Assembly: GCA_963738405.1 (NCBI GenBank)
Contig: CAVTWJ010000009.1
Location: 4,793 to 68,792, forward strand
Source of the DNA: a candidate division FCPU426 bacterium
GTDB taxonomy: Bacteria; Oederibacteriota; Muellerivitia; Muellerivitales; Muellerivitaceae
Length of the DNA stretch: 64,000 bases
Direction of reading: 5' to 3'
Shown: positions 52,531 through 61,899 of the stretch, piece by piece
Layout of the letters: each line of letters starts with the position of its first letter
Position numbering within the stretch: position 1 is the first letter of the stretch
Translations under genes and position numbers: made by a program
The notes under the pieces: model-generated
Told to the model about the DNA's origin: nothing
The model's database searches: none
Seen by the model: only the letters and a program-made list of their open reading frames with translations

Positions 52531-54177
52531 ATGGCGAAGTTTTCTTCCAAAACCCCCAGCACTCCCGTCCGCCCGCAGGGCCAAGCAGCACAAGCCGCGC
52601 CTGAAAAAGGTATTTCGCGGGAGGCCCTGATGATCGTCATCACGGCGGGTCTGGCTTCGATGCTCGAAATCGTCGATACCTCCATCGTAAACGTGGCCAT
52701 CCCCACCATGATGGGCAACCTGGGCGCCACCTTAGATGAGATCGGCTGGGTGGTGACAGGCTACATCATTTCCAACGCCATCGTGCTGCCCATCTCGGGC
52801 TGGCTGGGGGTGCGCTTCGGCCGCCGCCGCTATTACCTCACCTGCATCATGCTGTTTGTGGCCTCCTCCGTGGCCTGCGGCCTGGCGCCCAACCTGTCCA
52901 CCCTCGTTGTTTTCCGGGTCATCCAGGGCATGGCGGGGGGGGCCCTGCTTCCCACTTCCCAAGCGCTGATACAGGAGGCCTTTCCGGGAAGATCGGGCCT
53001 AGGGTCGGCCCTTTACGGCATGGTGGTCATCATCGGGCCCACTTTGGGCCCGCCCTTGGGCGGCTACCTAACCGATCACTTCGGCTGGCGGATGATCTTC
53101 AACATCAATATTCCCCTGGGGATCTTGGCGGCCTTTCTCGCCTCCATTTACATTAAGGACCACAAGGTGGAAAGCCACCACGCGGAACACCATGAGCGGA
53201 TGAAGAGCGCTCCCGTGGACGCCGTAGGGTTGGGCCTGCTCGTGGCCGCAGTGGGATGCCTGCAGTTCGTATTGGAACGGGGTGAGGCGGACGACTGGTT
53301 TTCCTCCGGCACTATCTTGATCATGACCCTACTCGCGGGCATTTGCGCCCCGGCCTTCATCTGGTGGGAACTGAAGACCGAGCATCCGATCGTGGACCTG
53401 AGGCTGTTCAAGAATATGGCCCTCGCTAACGGGACCTTTCTGATGGCTTCCGTCGGGGGAATGCTCTATTCCCTCATCTTCTTCGTCCCCATCTACTGCC
53501 AAAATATCCTGAATATGAACGCTTCCCAGACGGGGAACATATTTATGCCGGGGGCGATCCTTTCGGGTCTCATGATGCCGGTCATCGGCATGCAGCTGCA
53601 GAAAAGGGACCCGCGGCTTTTTATTGTCTACGGGCTCTCCTGCATCGAAATCTGTCTCTTTATGATCGCCCACTTCTCCCCCCAATCGACCTATTGGAAC
53701 CTCTATTGGCCGCTATTGATCCGCGGGGCCGGGATGGCGGCCCTCTTCGTGCCTATCAACGCGGTGGTGCTGGGACAATTTACCGGGCCCAACCTGGGCC
53801 AGGCGGCGGGCATCATGAACCTGTCCCGCCAAATCGGCGGCAGTGTGGGCATCGCGGTGCTTTCCACCATGTTCAAACAATCCCAGGACCGGGTGTACCA
53901 CAACATGGTTAAATACATCAGCCCCTTAAATTTGGGCTTTAACCAGTGGGCCCAATCCGCCAAGGCCCTGGGGTATCGGTTCTCCAACGAGGTGGGCATG
54001 ATGAATCCCAATATCCTTTTGGCCAAGGAAGCCTATTTCAGGGTCCAGAAACAGTCCTTCGTGGTCAGTTTTGATTTCATGATGTGGGTGATGGTGTTGG
54101 TTTTTGGGTTGACCCTGATTCCCACCTTTCTTCTCAAGCGTCCGCCCAAGATGGGCGGGCCGATGGACGCCCATTAA
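52531..54177 (+). CDS. emrB: MFS DHA2 (EmrB/QacA-type, 14 TM) efflux transporter
   Basis: GWVVTGY and LPISGWLGVRFGRRR motifs; 548 aa. Confidence 0.85.
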   Translation: MAKFSSKTPSTPVRPQGQAAQAAPEKGISREALMIVITAGLASMLEIVDTSIVNVAIPTMMGNLGATLDEIGWVVTGYIISNAIVLPISGWLGVRFGRRRYYLTCIMLFVASSVACGLAPNLSTLVVFRVIQGMAGGALLPTSQALIQEAFPGRSGLGSALYGMVVIIGPTLGPPLGGYLTDHFGWRMIFNINIPLGILAAFLASIYIKDHKVESHHAEHHERMKSAPVDAVGLGLLVAAVGCLQFVLERGEADDWFSSGTILIMTLLAGICAPAFIWWELKTEHPIVDLRLFKNMALANGTFLMASVGGMLYSLIFFVPIYCQNILNMNASQTGNIFMPGAILSGLMMPVIGMQLQKRDPRLFIVYGLSCIEICLFMIAHFSPQSTYWNLYWPLLIRGAGMAALFVPINAVVLGQFTGPNLGQAAGIMNLSRQIGGSVGIAVLSTMFKQSQDRVYHNMVKYISPLNLGFNQWAQSAKALGYRFSNEVGMMNPNILLAKEAYFRVQKQSFVVSFDFMMWVMVLVFGLTLIPTFLLKRPPKMGGPMDAH

Positions 54178-54543
54178 ATGGCTGAGTTCATCCATCAAGC
54201 CTCGATCGTGGAGGCGGCGGGAAATAAACCCAAACGCATTGAGGAATTTTTTGGCCTTGTCAATTCGAAGGAGGGGGCTGTCAGCATTGCCCGTATGAAA
54301 AGCCCCGAGGGCTGGGTGGAGCCGGGGCAAACGCCAGAATTTGAGGAATATACGGTGGTGTTGTCGGGCTTGTTGAGAGTGGAAACGAAAACGGGAGTAT
54401 TGGAAATTAAACCAGGGCAAGGAGTTCATCTTTTGAAAGGGGAATGGGTCAAATACAGTACCCCTCATGGCGGGGGCGCCGAATATATCTCGGTCTGTCT
54501 TCCGGCCTTTTCCCCCGCGACGGTCCATCGGGATCCTTCCTAG
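54178..54543 (+). CDS. cupin-domain protein
   Basis: Small beta-barrel with a GQGVHLLKGEWVKY pattern. Confidence 0.5.
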   Translation: MAEFIHQASIVEAAGNKPKRIEEFFGLVNSKEGAVSIARMKSPEGWVEPGQTPEFEEYTVVLSGLLRVETKTGVLEIKPGQGVHLLKGEWVKYSTPHGGGAEYISVCLPAFSPATVHRDPS

Positions 54544-54591
54544 GAGAGAGGAAGGGGTCTCTGGGGGGCGGTACCCTGAACCGCCCTCGAA

Positions 54592-54630
54592 TAAAAAAAG
54601 GCTGAGCCCAAAGGCTCAGCCTTTTTGTTT
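54592..54630. terminator. bidirectional rho-independent terminator between the cupin (+) and MarR (-) genes
   Basis: AAAAAAAG-GCTGAGCC-caaa-GGCTCAGCC-TTTTTGTTTT. Confidence 0.75.
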
Positions 54631-55083
54631 TAAAAGGGCCGATTGAATTTTATTTTTGGTTCCCATTTTGACCGGCGTGATCGATTCCGCCACCTTGTCG
54701 AGGAGGGACAAGAGGGTATTTCGTTCCTCGGTGTTCAAGGGAGCGACAAGGACTTCGGCCACCCGGCCATAAATCTGGTCGATTTCCGCGGCCATTTTAC
54801 GGCCCTTCTCGGTCAGCAAAACCTGCCAGCAGCGGTGGTCGGTTTCATGTTCCTGCCGATGGATCAGCCCGCGGGAAATCATGGAGGCGACCGCCCGGTT
54901 CACCGCGGCGGGGTCCGTGGCCGTGGCGCGCGATAAATCCGCCAGGGAGCATTTGCCGGTGGAGTCGATAAACCGCAGCATGACCGCCTGCTTGGGGCCT
55001 ATTTCCAGGTGTTTCAAATTTTGGGTAAAGATAAGGTTGAGTTGGCGTCGGACCGTCCTGAATTTTTCATAGGCAATCACCAT
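54616..55083 (-). CDS. MarR-family transcriptional regulator
   Basis: CSLADLSRATATDPAAVNRAVASMISRGLIHRQEHETDHR. Confidence 0.75.
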   Translation of the reverse strand: MVIAYEKFRTVRRQLNLIFTQNLKHLEIGPKQAVMLRFIDSTGKCSLADLSRATATDPAAVNRAVASMISRGLIHRQEHETDHRCWQVLLTEKGRKMAAEIDQIYGRVAEVLVAPLNTEERNTLLSLLDKVAESITPVKMGTKNKIQSALLKQKG

Positions 55084-55197
55084 TCTTCAAACCCTCCCCT
55101 TAATTCTTTGAGGCCGTTCATGACGGCTTCGGACCTGATCGACTCAGGAATCATTTGAGAAGTTCCAAAGATTGATAAGTCCTGTAATATGGACGAC

Positions 55198-55218
55198 AGT
55201 AACTAGTTAAAAGTTACT
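55198..55218. promoter_or_regulatory. palindrome AGTAACTAGTTAAAAGTTACT in the divergent MarR/cytochrome c intergenic region (putative operator)
   Basis: AGTAACT...AGTTACT inverted repeat with a nested TAACTAGTTA palindrome. Confidence 0.4.
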
Positions 55219-55277
55219 TTTTCAACGGAAGAAACGTCAAAAGCTAGGCAAACGAAGCATCTTGAAGGGAAAAATTC

Positions 55278-55808
55278 ATGATAAAGGCATACATTTGGGG
55301 ATGCGTCACGGTTCTTTTGGTGTTATTGGGCGGGGGATACTGGTTTATCTCAACGGGCATGATGCCCGCCAATGCCGACAGCAAACCTCCCGCCCTGGAG
55401 CAATGGGCGGCTCACGCTTCTTTGCGGGCGTCCATACAAAGGGAAGCGCCCCAGGGGCCCAATCCCATGGCTTTGACCAACCCCAATTTAATCGAGGGTA
55501 TTCATCTTTACGCGCAAAACTGCGCGGTTTGCCACGGCGCTTCCGACGCGAAACCTTCCAACATCGCGGTGGGGCTGTACCAGCACGCGCCCCAATTAGC
55601 GGATGACGGGGTAGAGGATGACCCGGAGGGAAAGATATTTTGGAAAATCAAACACGGCATCCGGCTCACCGGCATGCCGGGGTTCAGCGGCACACTCAGC
55701 GACGATAAAATTTGGAAAATCACCCTTTTCTTAAAGCACATGGATAACCTGACGCCGGGCGCGAAGCTTGAATGGCAAAAGGTTCCCAGCCAAGGGCCGC
55801 TTACTTAA
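55278..55808 (+). CDS. membrane-anchored c-type cytochrome (single CxxCH)
   Basis: CAVCHG. N-terminal TM. GMPGF and KIWKITLFL are class I-like. Confidence 0.7.
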   Translation: MIKAYIWGCVTVLLVLLGGGYWFISTGMMPANADSKPPALEQWAAHASLRASIQREAPQGPNPMALTNPNLIEGIHLYAQNCAVCHGASDAKPSNIAVGLYQHAPQLADDGVEDDPEGKIFWKIKHGIRLTGMPGFSGTLSDDKIWKITLFLKHMDNLTPGAKLEWQKVPSQGPLT

Positions 55809-55812
55809 AGCG

Positions 55813-56661
55813 TCAGCCGAACTCCACGCAGCGCATGGAAAGGGTTCCATAGTCAAAACCCTCATAAGGGTAGCGAATCTTTGGCGTTCCCTGGGCTTCG
55901 GCGGCTGCGGCCGCGGCGACCAAAGGGATATAGTGGTCATCCGTGGGATGGGAAAGGGCGCCTCCCGGCGCCTCCCGGTATCGGGTTAGCTGTTCCAAAT
56001 CAAACTGATTCAAAGCTTTTACCGCCCAAGCGTCAAAATCCGCCGCCCAGGCCTCGGGCTTCGCTTCCCGGTCGGCGAAGTTGACTTGGCGGAGGTTGTG
56101 GGTCACGTTTCCGCTTCCGAGGATGAAAATGCCCTCGTCCCTCAAGGGCGCCAGCGCCCGCCCTAAGGCCAGATGTTCCGATAGGGGAACCCGAGTAGGC
56201 AGGGAAACCTGGAAGGCCGGGATATCCGCATTCGGAAACATTTTCATCAAAGGCACCCAAGCGCCGTGGTCCAATCCTCTTTGAGGGGCGGGCGAGGGCC
56301 TGAACCCCGCAGAACGTAAAAGCTCCAACGCCTTATTTATTTCCTCGACGGCCGCCGGGGGAGCGTATTGGACGCGATAGAGCTCATCGGGGAATCCGTA
56401 GAAGTCATAGAGAAGAGGTTGTGGGGTTAAGGGACCTACTTGGGGTTGAGGGGACAACCAGTGGGCCGAGAGCACCAGAATGGCCTTGGGTTTCGGGAAA
56501 GTTTGGGCCCAACGATGCCAAGCCTGGGTGATGGCATTGTTTTCCAAACCCAGGGTCGGGGCCCCGTGGCCCACGAATCCTACCGGCATTCGGCGATTTT
56601 TTGAGGTTGTTTCAGCTGGTACAGCCATGGTTTGTCCCTTCTCAACTTGAAAACCATTCAA
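55813..56661 (-). CDS. extradiol ring-cleavage dioxygenase class III subunit B / 4,5-DOPA dioxygenase (YgiD-like); start uncertain (56661, 56628 or 56589)
   Basis: VGFVGHGAP, LSAHW, GSGNVTHNL motifs. Confidence 0.7.
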   Translation of the reverse strand: MNGFQVEKGQTMAVPAETTSKNRRMPVGFVGHGAPTLGLENNAITQAWHRWAQTFPKPKAILVLSAHWLSPQPQVGPLTPQPLLYDFYGFPDELYRVQYAPPAAVEEINKALELLRSAGFRPSPAPQRGLDHGAWVPLMKMFPNADIPAFQVSLPTRVPLSEHLALGRALAPLRDEGIFILGSGNVTHNLRQVNFADREAKPEAWAADFDAWAVKALNQFDLEQLTRYREAPGGALSHPTDDHYIPLVAAAAAAEAQGTPKIRYPYEGFDYGTLSMRCVEFG

Positions 56662-56734
56662 GCTTTAAGATAGGACAAAGCCGGGAAAAACAAAGACCTT
56701 TGCAGTAAAGAAAAGACTTTGTCGCGAAGGGGCG

Positions 56735-57247
56735 TTATCTCAGGGTGAGGGGTTTGCGAAACAACTGAATTTCAACAAAAGTCACATCCACCAGAACCTT
56801 GCAGACGGCGTCCGGTTCCTGATTTTGAAATTCTTTGGGTATTCCAGGCTGGATTTCGGGAGCTTCAATCAAGGCCGTTCCCAGGCAAAGGCGGGCCATC
56901 CTTTGGGTGAATTCCACGGCCAGCCGGTCAAAGAGGGCTCCGCCGACACGGGATAGGGGGCTGGCATTTTCCTGGAGAAAGTTTTCAAGCCTGGGTGAGG
57001 TCCGAACCACGCAGACCAGGCCCTTTTCGCCGCCTACCCGCAGGGTGCGGGCCAGGTTCATGTCGGACGATTGAATGCGGAAGGTATTGAGCCAATGGAT
57101 GGGAATCTCGCCGATGTTTTTGAGGGACTGAGCAAACTGGATGAAACATTCCTCCGGCTTGGGGGTCCAGGGAAAGGGCAGCGGCGGAGGGCTTTTCTTG
57201 GATTTGGTACGAACGTCGTGGCGCGTTTTCGGCAGAGTCGAATTCAT
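56735..57247 (-). CDS. hypothetical protein
   Basis: ORF only. Confidence 0.3.
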   Translation of the reverse strand: MNSTLPKTRHDVRTKSKKSPPPLPFPWTPKPEECFIQFAQSLKNIGEIPIHWLNTFRIQSSDMNLARTLRVGGEKGLVCVVRTSPRLENFLQENASPLSRVGGALFDRLAVEFTQRMARLCLGTALIEAPEIQPGIPKEFQNQEPDAVCKVLVDVTFVEIQLFRKPLTLR

Positions 57248-57608
57248 TGGGGTCCCCGTTTCTCAATTTAAAATGTCCCTTCATGACAAAGCAAAGGACA
57301 TGCCAAGAGTTCTTTTTGGGAAAAGGACTAAAAAGGCCGGTTTGCGGCCTAAGGGTCATGATGAGAAAGGTTTGAGATGGGTAAAAGAAATCCAGGCCCT
57401 CTCACAATGGGTAATGACGGTTGTTCTGGATTTTGGGGAAAGCGAACCTAGAATGCTGAGAATGCTCAAGCGAACTTTAAAATATCTGATGGTTTTGGCG
57501 GGCCTCTGCGCCGGATGGGGAGTTCCCTTCCTTTGGGCCGAAGATGGGCTTACCCCTATCGCGACCAATGTCTGGTCCGCTCCCTCCAGACGGCTCACCA
57601 CAAACGGC

Positions 57609-58616
57609 TTAAGTCCGCTCCGCAAAAGCTGGAAGAAAAATCCGCCCATCCCCGTGAAGACGCCCGGCTTTATTCCACTTCATCCGCCGGGAAACGGAAA
57701 TGGGCAAGTGAACGCTCCCACTCGGGGGAATTTCTCGGCCCCCCGAAACCTCCCCAACGGCGCTTCCGGCCGTCCGGTTGTCGGAAGCCAGTTGATCCGC
57801 GGAGTTCCCTCCACCGTCCTGGGGCCCGGAAGCCCCCCTTTGAACAGCCTCTACCGGGATCCGATCCCTTAAGGCCTCCCATCCGGCGAAGAAAAGCTCC
57901 ATGGCTTTGGAGGTTTCATCGGCGAATTTTTGAAGCGCCTCAGGCGGGATGGCGATGTTCTCCTCGTAAATCATTACCCAGTCGCCCCTGCCTTGAAGGC
58001 GCCAATTGGGGTGTTCGAGCAGGTACTCCTGGAATTCCTTCGAGAAAACATTTTCATATTTCTGGGCGTTGTGGGTTTCTCCCCACAGATGATGCCGGGG
58101 TCTTTTAAAATCCCCCAATCCCTTCATTTCGATCCGGCCCATCGCCGGTCCGGCCACGATATCCCGGATGTCCAATTCCAAGAGCCGGTGAAATTTATCA
58201 AAGAGCCTCAAGGGCACCAGCTCGAAATAAGGAAGGCCCGCCCCGCGTTTTTGGAAGAGGGCCAGGGTTTCCATGGAGCCGTCCCTTTCCTGGGAAGGGG
58301 TTTCCAGGTAAAAAAGGATCCAGCCGTTTTTTTCTCCCCGCAGGATGTTTTGGGTGGCCGGCTCCAAACCCAGCCGGCCGCGGGTCAATCCCGCCTGCCG
58401 GGGCCTTAAGGGATAGGGGAGGTCGTAACCGGCGTTAGCGAGGTCGGAGGAAAAAACAAAATATCCGAATCCCATTTGATGGGCTTGGAAACGGAAAGCC
58501 TCCCTTTTGCGGAGAACCTTGCGGATATAACGGAAGGCGCTGAGGCCGAAGTAGAGGACAAAGCCGATGACGAACCAAACAAGGATGGAAGGATTCAAGA
58601 AAGGCGAATCACTCAT
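57609..58616 (-). CDS. hypothetical N-terminally membrane-anchored protein
   Basis: N-terminal TM ILVWFVIGFVLYFGLSAF; no known motifs. Confidence 0.4.
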   Translation of the reverse strand: MSDSPFLNPSILVWFVIGFVLYFGLSAFRYIRKVLRKREAFRFQAHQMGFGYFVFSSDLANAGYDLPYPLRPRQAGLTRGRLGLEPATQNILRGEKNGWILFYLETPSQERDGSMETLALFQKRGAGLPYFELVPLRLFDKFHRLLELDIRDIVAGPAMGRIEMKGLGDFKRPRHHLWGETHNAQKYENVFSKEFQEYLLEHPNWRLQGRGDWVMIYEENIAIPPEALQKFADETSKAMELFFAGWEALRDRIPVEAVQRGASGPQDGGGNSADQLASDNRTAGSAVGEVSGGREIPPSGSVHLPISVSRRMKWNKAGRLHGDGRIFLPAFAERT

Positions 58617-58736
58617 GGAACTAGTATGGTCCCATTTTGGAAAAAAATTTAATTTTCATGCGGATAGAAGAGGAAATTAACTCCGCCGTAACAGCTGCAG
58701 TTAGGAAAAAGATTTTCTTGGATCGTTTTTTTGTTT

Positions 58737-59267
58737 TTATTGCCCGTTTATTGTCGGCGGTTGGAGGGGGCGGCGCCATTCGGCCAAATCCTCAGGGAGG
58801 GGTGGGGAAGCCTGTTGAAAACCCACGACGGAAAAAAGCTCCTCCGTTGAGACCTTTCCCTTCGGTCCCAAAAACAAACCCTGAACATAGGCCCGCGCGC
58901 AGAGCTTTCCTTCCGACTCGAATTCCTGGCGCAGGTAAAGCCACTTCTCATCCCAGGCGATGAGCTGGGTTTTAAGCAGGTAGGACCGGAAGGGCCGTAG
59001 TGGGCGGAAATAGCTGATCCGGGCCGCGCCCAGCACGGGAAACCAATGGTTTTTCAGGATGGAGCGGAGAAACCCCGCCCGCACCACCAGGTCAAAACGG
59101 CCCAGGTCCATCAGGGTCAGGTACCGGCCATTATTCATGTGCAGGTTATTGTCCAGGTCCGTCGGCCAGACCCGGCCGGCCAGGAGGGAAGTTTCGTTCA
59201 ACCTCAATTTTCCGGGTTTTAAGAGAAGAATTAAAATGAGTTTTAAAAGTCTGAAATAGAGGTTCAT
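58737..59267 (-). CDS. thioesterase-superfamily (hotdog fold) protein
   Basis: WPTDLDNNLHMNNGRYLTLMDLGRFDL pattern. Confidence 0.5.
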   Translation of the reverse strand: MNLYFRLLKLILILLLKPGKLRLNETSLLAGRVWPTDLDNNLHMNNGRYLTLMDLGRFDLVVRAGFLRSILKNHWFPVLGAARISYFRPLRPFRSYLLKTQLIAWDEKWLYLRQEFESEGKLCARAYVQGLFLGPKGKVSTEELFSVVGFQQASPPLPEDLAEWRRPLQPPTINGQ

Positions 59268-60028
59268 GGATTCGACTTAACCGTGGTCGGTATGGGGAAA
59301 TCGACCGGCTGGGAAGAGGGCTTGAATTGACCGGCCCTTTTTTGCGCCTCGTGAATTTGATCGCCCGTCATGCGTTTTTCCAGCCACTCCAAATCATCAT
59401 GCAGATCGTTGGTTTTTTCCTCATCCAGGTCCGCCTGTTTCAGTGCGATTGAGAACCATTTGTAGGATTCTACAAAATCCTTAGGGTTTCCCTCGCCCAT
59501 GGAATACATCTGCCCCAGATTAACCTGGGCATCCTCATCCCCCTGGTTGGCGGCTTTTTGAAACCAGGAAAGGGCAAGGGTTAGATCCTTGGCTCTGCCC
59601 TCCCCGCGCGCGGCCATCAAAGCGAGGTTCATTTGGGCCGAAGCCAAACCCTGCGTCGCCGACTTGTTGAACCAATAGAGGGCTTTGGCGTCATCCCTTT
59701 TCACGCCCAGGCCCGAATGGTAGAGAAAACCCAGGTTGTTCTGCCCGCCCGGATCACCTTTGCGGGCGGACCGCTCAAACCAAATTTTCGCTTGGGTGTA
59801 ATCCTTCAGAATCCCGTAGCCGTTTTCATACATCAGCCCCAAGGCGCATTGGCCCGCCGGGTCGTCCTTTTGGGCGCTTCGGCGGAAATAACTCAGGGCG
59901 GCGGTGAAATCCCTGGCCCGTAAGGCCTCTTGGCCTAACCGGAGGGAATCCTCAGCCCAAAGGGGATTGCGAACCGCCGTGAAAAACAAAATCGCGGGCA
60001 ATATTAGAAGAATTGTTGTTCTGTTCAT
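59264..60028 (-). CDS. Sel1-repeat secreted protein
   Basis: Signal peptide. Repeated A.QG...AQ..LG.MY..G.GV..D...A..W motifs. Confidence 0.75.
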   Translation of the reverse strand: MNRTTILLILPAILFFTAVRNPLWAEDSLRLGQEALRARDFTAALSYFRRSAQKDDPAGQCALGLMYENGYGILKDYTQAKIWFERSARKGDPGGQNNLGFLYHSGLGVKRDDAKALYWFNKSATQGLASAQMNLALMAARGEGRAKDLTLALSWFQKAANQGDEDAQVNLGQMYSMGEGNPKDFVESYKWFSIALKQADLDEEKTNDLHDDLEWLEKRMTGDQIHEAQKRAGQFKPSSQPVDFPIPTTVKSNP

Positions 60029-60097
60029 TTAGAGGGGAAGCATAAGGAGAGCAAGGGCGAAGGGCAAGGGAAACCGGGAACGGGGAGGCGGAAGCGG

Positions 60098-60460
60098 TCA
60101 GACCTTAGAAGTAAATTCCCCGGTGATGGCTTCCTTACGGTCGGGGAAGGTTTCCAGGTTTTGACTCAATTCCATAAACTCAAAGCCATCCTGGACTTCA
60201 GGCTTGAGGCCGAACAATACCATTTTCCCTCCCGCGTTTTTCAACCGGTGCTGAAATTCCAAGATCTGGCTCCAAGCCCCGGTGCTCACATACTGCACCT
60301 CCGTCAAATCGAGCATCAGCCTGACCATGGAAGAAGGGGCGGATTGAAATGCATCAGCTAACTTTGTGAGGGTTCCAGCGTAAAGGAAACCTTTCAGTTC
60401 AAGGCAGAAAGTGTTCGTGAGTCGGGGAACGGCTTTTATTTCATACGTGAGCGAATCCAA
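60098..60460 (-). CDS. STAS-domain protein (anti-sigma-factor antagonist-like)
   Basis: LDLTEVQYVSTGAWSQILEF...GGKMVLFGLKPEVQ. Confidence 0.6.
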   Translation of the reverse strand: MDSLTYEIKAVPRLTNTFCLELKGFLYAGTLTKLADAFQSAPSSMVRLMLDLTEVQYVSTGAWSQILEFQHRLKNAGGKMVLFGLKPEVQDGFEFMELSQNLETFPDRKEAITGEFTSKV

Positions 60461-60637
60461 ATGAAAACTCCAACTCTTTAATACTTATTGGAGTTCACTA
60501 TAGAAACACTTTTGGCGATCTCTCTAGTGGAAAAGGACTTTAAAAGGGAAATCGATTGAGCGGTTCCCGGGCTCGAAACGGTCTCCGAGGCGGATTAACA
60601 CTTTCCGGGATCGGATGAAGAAAAAAGATCGAAGGTC

Positions 60638-61111
60638 TTATAACACCAAACGCATCAAAACCATGCAAAGCAGGATGACCAACAAAGCCACCAAGGGAAC
60701 AAGACTCATGGCATTCACCGTTTTTTCGGCGTTAGGGGCGAATTTGTTTCCGTCCCAGACTTTTTTGAGCAGGGTCGGGCCAATCCGGGGAGCGAAGATC
60801 AATAGGATCAAGGTGGCCGTCATGGCGATGGAGAAGGCGATCCCGTAGGGGGTGCCCATATCCTTGGCAGTGTGGATGGGCCCGAAGAGGGTTCCCCGGA
60901 GGATGCCCAGAAGAAAAGTCATTCCGCCTGAGGAAGCCATGAGGATACTGGTTTTCTTCAAAATACCCTCGTAGAAGGCCTTGGCCTCGGCTGAGGGCCT
61001 AGACAAGATGCCGGGCCAAAGCACGAAATGCATATAGACCGCGCTTCCGATCAAAATCGAACCGAACATCACGTGCAGGTATTGAACGACGATCAAGCCG
61101 ATATTGGACAT
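60638..61111 (-). CDS. hypothetical 4-TM membrane protein
   Basis: Four hydrophobic helices; no motifs. Confidence 0.4.
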   Translation of the reverse strand: MSNIGLIVVQYLHVMFGSILIGSAVYMHFVLWPGILSRPSAEAKAFYEGILKKTSILMASSGGMTFLLGILRGTLFGPIHTAKDMGTPYGIAFSIAMTATLILLIFAPRIGPTLLKKVWDGNKFAPNAEKTVNAMSLVPLVALLVILLCMVLMRLVL

Positions 61112-61190
61112 GGGACTCCCCTTTAATGTTTCGTGGCGGCGTTATTTTATGGGGTCCCCGGAGAATATCAACAGTGAATGGCGAAATGCC

Positions 61191-61784
61191 TTAGTGCTTC
61201 CCCTTGCCCCAAACCGAGTCCAGGTACTCGTCCCGGCCTGAGTTGGAGTGGTAAAGGTTGTAATGGAGCGGGTTCTTTTTGTAGAAGTCTTGGTGGTAGT
61301 CTTCGGCCGGATAAAAGTTTATGAACTTTTTGACCGGCACCACGATGGGCTGGGGGTACCGGCCCGATTTGTCCAGGTCCGCCTTTGATTTTTCCGCCAG
61401 CTTTTTCTGCTCCTCGCTGAGGTAAAAAACCGCGGCGCGGTACTGGGGGCCCCGGTCCACGAACTGGCCGTTCGGGTCGGTTGGGTTGATCTGTTTCCAG
61501 AAAACATCCACCAGCTGGGCGTAGGTGATCTTGGAGGGGTCGTAAGTGATGGAAACACCCTCGGTGAAACCCTTCTCAGCGTAGTCGTCGTAGGTGGGGT
61601 TTTCGCCGGTCCCGTCGGCATAACCCGCGGTCACCTTCAAGACGCCCTTGAGCTGTTCAAAGGGCGGGGTCATACACCAGAAACAGCCCCCGGCGAAGAC
61701 GGCGGATTGGGTTTGCGGCTGGGCGAAGGCAAGGGCGGCCGCTAGCATTCCCCCAGACAGGAATAAAAGAATCGATTTTTTCAT
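61191..61784 (-). CDS. msrA: peptide-methionine (S)-S-oxide reductase with signal peptide
   Basis: GGCFWC active-site motif. Start MKKSILLF preferred over the ORF-track start 62114. Confidence 0.85.
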   Translation of the reverse strand: MKKSILLFLSGGMLAAALAFAQPQTQSAVFAGGCFWCMTPPFEQLKGVLKVTAGYADGTGENPTYDDYAEKGFTEGVSITYDPSKITYAQLVDVFWKQINPTDPNGQFVDRGPQYRAAVFYLSEEQKKLAEKSKADLDKSGRYPQPIVVPVKKFINFYPAEDYHQDFYKKNPLHYNLYHSNSGRDEYLDSVWGKGKH

Positions 61785-61852
61785 GGTCTGCCTTTCGAGA
61801 GTTCTTGCTAAGAAATACGGCCCAAGGGGAAGGAAGTTACAAGAGGTGAAAC

Positions 61853-61890
61853 AAAAAAGGCCGCTCCCTATAAGGGAACGGCCTTTTCGA
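61853..61890 (-). terminator. rho-independent terminator after the minus-strand TPR/beta-barrel gene
   Basis: On the minus strand: GGCCGTTCCC-ttatag-GGAGCGGCC followed by TTTTTTG. Confidence 0.6.
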
Positions 61891-61899
61891 CACTTTATT

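Noticed and set aside
57141-58108. Plus-strand ORFs 57141-57872 and 57515-58108
   Set aside because: They overlap each other and minus-strand genes, and they are Pro/Arg-rich without domains. They are probably spurious, so they are left unannotated.
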